NCBI GenBank assembly: GCA_002787405.1
Contig: PCWQ01000009.1
Coordinates: forward strand, 132-64,131
DNA from: Candidatus Komeilibacteria bacterium CG11_big_fil_rev_8_21_14_0_20_36_20
GTDB lineage: Bacteria; Patescibacteriota; Patescibacteriia; UBA1558; GWA2-36-10
Direction of reading: 5' to 3'
DNA length: 64,000 nucleotides
The translations under genes and the position numbers were made by a program. Within the stretch, counting starts at the first letter, position 1; every line of letters starts with the position of its first letter. The notes beneath the pieces are model-generated. The model was not told where the DNA came from and searched no databases. It saw only the letters and a list, made by a program, of their open reading frames with translations. Shown here piece after piece: positions 59,803-64,000 of this stretch.

Positions 59803-60045
59803 TTAGGAAGGGGTTTTAGCTCCGTTTTTGTATAATCGGTAGCATATACATAATAAGTATATTAGAATCGCCAAGACTATGAAAGGAGGTAGAGCAATAG
59901 CCAATAGTAATCGGAGTGGCCACAAATCAGCAGTGGGATAATAAAGGATTAGGAAATAGAATAACACTAACAATAGCAGATATAGAGCGCCAGATTTTCC
60001 GGGCCAGGATTGATATAATTGTTTTATTTGAGTTCTCCAGAGCAT
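59803..60045 (-). CDS. small hypothetical membrane protein
   Basis: SD GGAGAGG before ATG 60045, 2 TM segments. Confidence 0.6.
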   Translation of the reverse strand: MLWRTQIKQLYQSWPGKSGALYLLLLVLFYFLILYYPTADLWPLRLLLAIALPPFIVLAILIYLLCICYRLYKNGAKTPS

Positions 60046-60155
60046 AGGTTTCCTCTCCATTTAAAAGAACTTTTTTAGCAGCTTAGCAGATAATTGTTTA
60101 TTAGTCCAGAGCTGCTTGGCTAATAATTTAACTTTGCGGTATAATGTTTTTACTT

Positions 60156-62150
60156 ATGTCCAGAATTGATTTTTTCAAAGATCTAAATAGAGAGCAGTAT
60201 CAGGTAGCCACTTCTTCCAAAGGGCCTCATTTGGTTTTGGCTGGTGCTGGTTCTGGTAAGACTCGTACCTTGGTTTATCGGGTGGCTTGGCTTTTATCCC
60301 AAAAAGTTCCGCCAGAAAAAATATTATTATTAACCTTTACTAATAAGGCGGCCAACGAAATGATTAGCCGCGTCAGAAGCTTATTGGGAGTTTCTGAACA
60401 AAATAAATTATCATTATGGAGTGGCACTTTTCATTCTATAGCCAATCGGCTATTGCGGATTTATGGAGAACAGTTAGGCGTTAATAAAAACTTTACAATT
60501 ATTGATGCCGACGATAGTAAATCTTTATTAAAAAAAATTAGCAAAGAGTTTTTCAATGAAAGTCATCGTCCTTCAGAAGCGATTGTTTCTGAAACTATCA
60601 GTTTTGCCGTTAATTCTGACATCAGCATTAAAGAAAGTTTGGAAAGAAAATTTTCAGAGTGGCTACCTTTGCTGGAATATTTTGAAAAAATTGCCGCTGA
60701 ATATAAAAAACGGAAGCAGGATAGTAACTTATTAGATTTTGATGATTTATTGTTTTACTGGTGGTGTTTAACTAGGCATCCTAAACTTGGAAAATTATTA
60801 GCTGTCAAATGGGAGTATATTCTCGTTGATGAATATCAGGATACCAATACTTTGCAGGCTAAGATTATTTTTAATTTATCGCAGCAACACCAGAATATTT
60901 TAGTGGTCGGCGATGACGCTCAGAGCATTTATTCATTTCGGGCGGCCGATATCCGTAACATTTTGGATTTTCCAAAAGTTTTCCCGACTTGCCAGATGCA
61001 TAAGCTGGAAACGAACTATCGTTCCACACCGGAGATTGTTAAATTAGCCAATCAGGTTATTGCCGGCAACCAGCATCAGTTTATTAAAAATTTAAAAGCA
61101 GTTCTAGAGAATTATATTCGTCCAGAGTTAGTAGCTTTGCCAAATAATATTGAGGAAGCTCGGTTTATTGTTAATCGGATTGAGGGGTTGTTGGTTGATG
61201 GGCTATTACCTTTTAATATTGCGGTTTTATTTCGAGCTGGTCATAATTCGCAGACTTTGGAAATGGAATTAAATAAGCGCGGCATCGCCTATGAAATGCG
61301 CGGCGGCATTAAATTTTTTGCCCGAGCTCATGTTAAAGATGTAGTTTCTTTTTTAAGAATTTTGAATAATTATCAAGATGAAGTTTCCTGGCAGAGAGTA
61401 TTGCGTTTGTATGAAGGTATTGGTTTAATAATGGCTACTAAAATATATCAAGCAATAGTGAGGTTGAAAGATTTTGAGGATTTACAGAATTTAAAGTTGC
61501 CAATTAGTAATCGAAAAGCCGCTTTAAGCTGGCAACGATGCCAAAGAATTTTGGAGAAACTTTTAGCTCATCAAAAAAGAGATGTTGGCCAGTTGATTGA
61601 TTTGATGATTGAGGATTATGACGGTTATTTAAAAGAAAAATATTCTGATTATCATCAGCGCAGCGATGATTTGGAACAGCTGGCTGTTTTTGCTTCCAAT
61701 TTTAATAACCTGGAGGAATTTTTATCCGAAGTCAGCTTGCAGGAAAGTTTTACTATGAAAGGCCAGGCAAAGGAAAAACCAGAGACAGTGATCCTAAGCA
61801 CTGTCCATCAGGCCAAAGGCCTGGAATGGCCGGCGGTTTTTGTCATGAATCTAACCACTCAATCTTTTCCCCATCCTCTTTGCACCAGCGAAGAAGAAAG
61901 AGAAGAGGAAAGGCGGCTTTTTTATGTGGCCATTACTCGGGCGCAGAAACATTTGTTTTTGACTTATCCTTTGGCTATTTTTAAATATAATGAATATAAA
62001 GAACTACAGCCCTCAGAATTTATTACGGGTTTAGATAGTAATTTATTGAGTTACAATGATTTGGCTCGCAGCGCCACTTATGCGGCTGAAGATGGTATTC
62101 AATATGTGGCTGATTCAGACGGATTTCTGCCCGAGGTTGATAATTGGTAA
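60156..62150 (+). CDS. UvrD/PcrA family SF1 DNA helicase
   Basis: LAGAGSGKT, TFTNKAA, VDEYQD, GDDAQSIYSFR, NYRS, STVHQAKGLE, EERRLFYVAITRA. Confidence 0.96.
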   Translation: MSRIDFFKDLNREQYQVATSSKGPHLVLAGAGSGKTRTLVYRVAWLLSQKVPPEKILLLTFTNKAANEMISRVRSLLGVSEQNKLSLWSGTFHSIANRLLRIYGEQLGVNKNFTIIDADDSKSLLKKISKEFFNESHRPSEAIVSETISFAVNSDISIKESLERKFSEWLPLLEYFEKIAAEYKKRKQDSNLLDFDDLLFYWWCLTRHPKLGKLLAVKWEYILVDEYQDTNTLQAKIIFNLSQQHQNILVVGDDAQSIYSFRAADIRNILDFPKVFPTCQMHKLETNYRSTPEIVKLANQVIAGNQHQFIKNLKAVLENYIRPELVALPNNIEEARFIVNRIEGLLVDGLLPFNIAVLFRAGHNSQTLEMELNKRGIAYEMRGGIKFFARAHVKDVVSFLRILNNYQDEVSWQRVLRLYEGIGLIMATKIYQAIVRLKDFEDLQNLKLPISNRKAALSWQRCQRILEKLLAHQKRDVGQLIDLMIEDYDGYLKEKYSDYHQRSDDLEQLAVFASNFNNLEEFLSEVSLQESFTMKGQAKEKPETVILSTVHQAKGLEWPAVFVMNLTTQSFPHPLCTSEEEREEERRLFYVAITRAQKHLFLTYPLAIFKYNEYKELQPSEFITGLDSNLLSYNDLARSATYAAEDGIQYVADSDGFLPEVDNW

Positions 62151-62265
62151 GATAATAAGTATTTGTTATAATGAAATAGTTAAGATGAAAGCATAAAAAA
62201 AGTAAAAAACAAAAAAGAGATTGAATTTTTTAATGATAATAGAAAATAAAATTATTTAAGTAAAA

Positions 62266-62667
62266 ATGTTATATTTAAAAAATCCTTCCAAAAATCTTAT
62301 TCACAAATTAATAGGATTAATTATAACAACGCTAATTATTCCCTTAGTGATCATTGATGTTTGGACAGAAGTCTATCATCGCACCTGTTTTCCTTTATAT
62401 AAGATGCCTTACGTTAAAAGAAAAAATTATATACGCATTGATCGTCATAAATTAAAATATCTTAATTTTTGGCAAAAAATATATTGTGTTTATTGCGGTT
62501 ATGCCAACGGGTTATTAAGTTATTTAGTGGCTATCGGCGCAAAGACTGAAAAATATTGGTGTGGTATCAAGCATAAAAAAGATAAAAATTTTATTCCTCC
62601 CAAACATCATCAAGATTTTGCAGAATATAATAATCAGGAAGATTTTAACAAAAAATATAAAAATTAA
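62266..62667 (+). CDS. conserved hypothetical Cys-rich protein
   Basis: TM segment; IDRHKLKYL, YCVYCGYANG, YWCGIKH. Confidence 0.7.
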   Translation: MLYLKNPSKNLIHKLIGLIITTLIIPLVIIDVWTEVYHRTCFPLYKMPYVKRKNYIRIDRHKLKYLNFWQKIYCVYCGYANGLLSYLVAIGAKTEKYWCGIKHKKDKNFIPPKHHQDFAEYNNQEDFNKKYKN

Positions 62668-62674
62668 GAAAATT

Positions 62675-62992
62675 ATGCCTAAAGAATATTTTAGATCCTT
62701 AATAGCTTGCCCTTCCCAGCTAGAAGCCGAAACAATTTTAGAAGCCTTATTAAAAGATAAATTAATTGCTGGAGGATTAATCTCCGCTGGCCAGTCACGT
62801 CATTGGTGGCAAGGAAAGATTGATCGGGAGGATTATTATAATATTTCTGCTTTTACTATAGCCAAACATAGGGATAAAATTATTAAAATTGTGGAACAGA
62901 TCTCAGCCGATGATACGCCGGGCATAGTTTTTTTCAAAATAGATTATAGCTATCCGAAGTTTTTGGATTGGATAGATGAAAATACAAAATAA
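62675..62992 (+). CDS. CutA-like divalent-cation tolerance protein
   Basis: EAETILEALLKDKLIAG, HWWQGKI, TP.I, FLDWI. Confidence 0.75.
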   Translation: MPKEYFRSLIACPSQLEAETILEALLKDKLIAGGLISAGQSRHWWQGKIDREDYYNISAFTIAKHRDKIIKIVEQISADDTPGIVFFKIDYSYPKFLDWIDENTK

Positions 62993-63002
62993 AAATATAA
63001 AA

Positions 63003-63794
63003 ATGCCAGAAAAAAAAGATACTATTGTTTTAGATTTAGAAACCAAAAAAACTTTTGATGAAGTCGGAGGCCAGCATAACAAGCATTTACTAGAGGTTTC
63101 TCTAGTTGGTATCTATTCATATAATCGTAATCAATACCGCGGCTTTAAAGAAGAAGAATTTGATGAATTATTAGAATTATTAAAAAATGCCGAGTTAATT
63201 ATTGGTTTTAATACAATTAGTTTTGATATGCCTGTTTTACAGCCATATTTTAAAGATTTTGATTTATCAACTTTGACTCATTTGGATTTATTGGACGAAA
63301 TTGTTTATGCTTTAGGTCATCGTTTAAAATTAGAAAGTGTTGCTCAAAGCACTTTGGGTTATGGCAAGTCTGGCTCTGGTTTGGATGCCATTAAATATTA
63401 CCGTAATAATGATTGGGATAATTTAATAAAATATTGTCTTGATGATGTTAAAGTCACTAAGGAAATTTACGATTATGGTTTGGCGCACGGTTATATTTGG
63501 TATCAGAATGGCGGTCAGAAAGAAAAGATAATCGCCCGTTGGCACAAGGATGAGGTTACTACCATTGAACAATTGATCAGGCAGGCCTTAAAAAACGGGC
63601 AGCAGCTGGAGGTTGAGTATATTGATGAAAACGGGCAGGGCACCAAACGAGTGATTGATATTCAGCAAATCATGGGCAGTAAAATAAAAGCATTTTGTCA
63701 TTTAAGGGATGCTTTAAGGATTTTTGATGTAGATAAAATAAAAACAGCCAAGATAGTTGGTCGGATGGATAGTTGGCAAAAGACTTTGCTATAG
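63003..63794 (+). CDS. RNase H-like (YprB/RNase_H_2) exonuclease fused to a C-terminal WYL domain
   Basis: VLDLET, IGFN...FD, KLESVA, YCLDDV; then LEVEYID..G..TKRVID...AFCHLRDALRIFDVDKI. Confidence 0.8.
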   Translation: MPEKKDTIVLDLETKKTFDEVGGQHNKHLLEVSLVGIYSYNRNQYRGFKEEEFDELLELLKNAELIIGFNTISFDMPVLQPYFKDFDLSTLTHLDLLDEIVYALGHRLKLESVAQSTLGYGKSGSGLDAIKYYRNNDWDNLIKYCLDDVKVTKEIYDYGLAHGYIWYQNGGQKEKIIARWHKDEVTTIEQLIRQALKNGQQLEVEYIDENGQGTKRVIDIQQIMGSKIKAFCHLRDALRIFDVDKIKTAKIVGRMDSWQKTLL

Positions 63795-63800
63795 TATTTT

Positions 63801-63860
63801 GACCCCGTAAAACGGGGCGACCTGTCCGATATGCCAGTCATGGCAGGCGGAGACAAGGCG
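63801..63860. repeat. GC-rich palindromic element cluster
   Basis: CCCCGTAAAACGGGG and TGTCCG..TGCCAGTCATGGCA..CGGA hairpins. Confidence 0.45.
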
Positions 63861-63921
63861 TTAAAAATTTTGAATAGGCAAAAATAGACCCCAGTGCTTA
63901 GCATTGGGGTTTATTTATCTC

Positions 63922-63974
63922 TTGACAAAAAATAAATTTTGTGTTATCTTTAAATAATTTTGTATCATTGATAA
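63922..63974 (+). promoter_or_regulatory. promoter plus boxA-like motif for a unit beyond the window
   Basis: TTGACA-17-TATCTT (extended TG), GTATCATTGATAA 11 nt downstream; sequence ends at AAAGG. Confidence 0.5.
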
Positions 63975-64000
63975 TTAGATATATGTCCATAAGTTAAAGG

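Overview
AT-rich bacterial chromosome segment. Gene content and style (SD-less housekeeping genes, PilB/GspE, H+-PPase, CarS-like and archaeal-type AsnRS2 genes, many short palindromic elements) suggest a Patescibacteria/CPR (Parcubacteria-like) genome; this is inference. The housekeeping backbone is tyrS, PBP1A, rpsT, holA, polA, tig, hppA, nusA, tsaD/E, valS, ftsH, rpsA, gyrA, ruvB, queH/queA, ychF, a UvrD/PcrA helicase and 4 tRNAs. It is interleaved with orphan genes and large secreted glycoside-hydrolase-like proteins. I saw no CRISPR array, integrase or transposase. The most notable patterns not explained by the annotation: (1) about ten stand-alone units share one architecture, a sigma70 promoter, a boxA-like 10-12-mer about 9-20 nt after the -10 and usually a strong Shine-Dalgarno, mostly on orphan genes; (2) a promoter-driven ~60-nt hairpin RNA antisense to the 3' end of a NYN RNase gene; (3) a tandem tRNA-Gly duplicate with a changed anticodon whose T-arm carries a dispersed palindrome; (4) tiny hairpin elements nested in the loops of other hairpins and in frame within queA; (5) a promoter- and terminator-bounded structured non-coding RNA candidate at ~56.3-56.5 kb. 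All product calls come from motif recognition by eye; no database searches were run.
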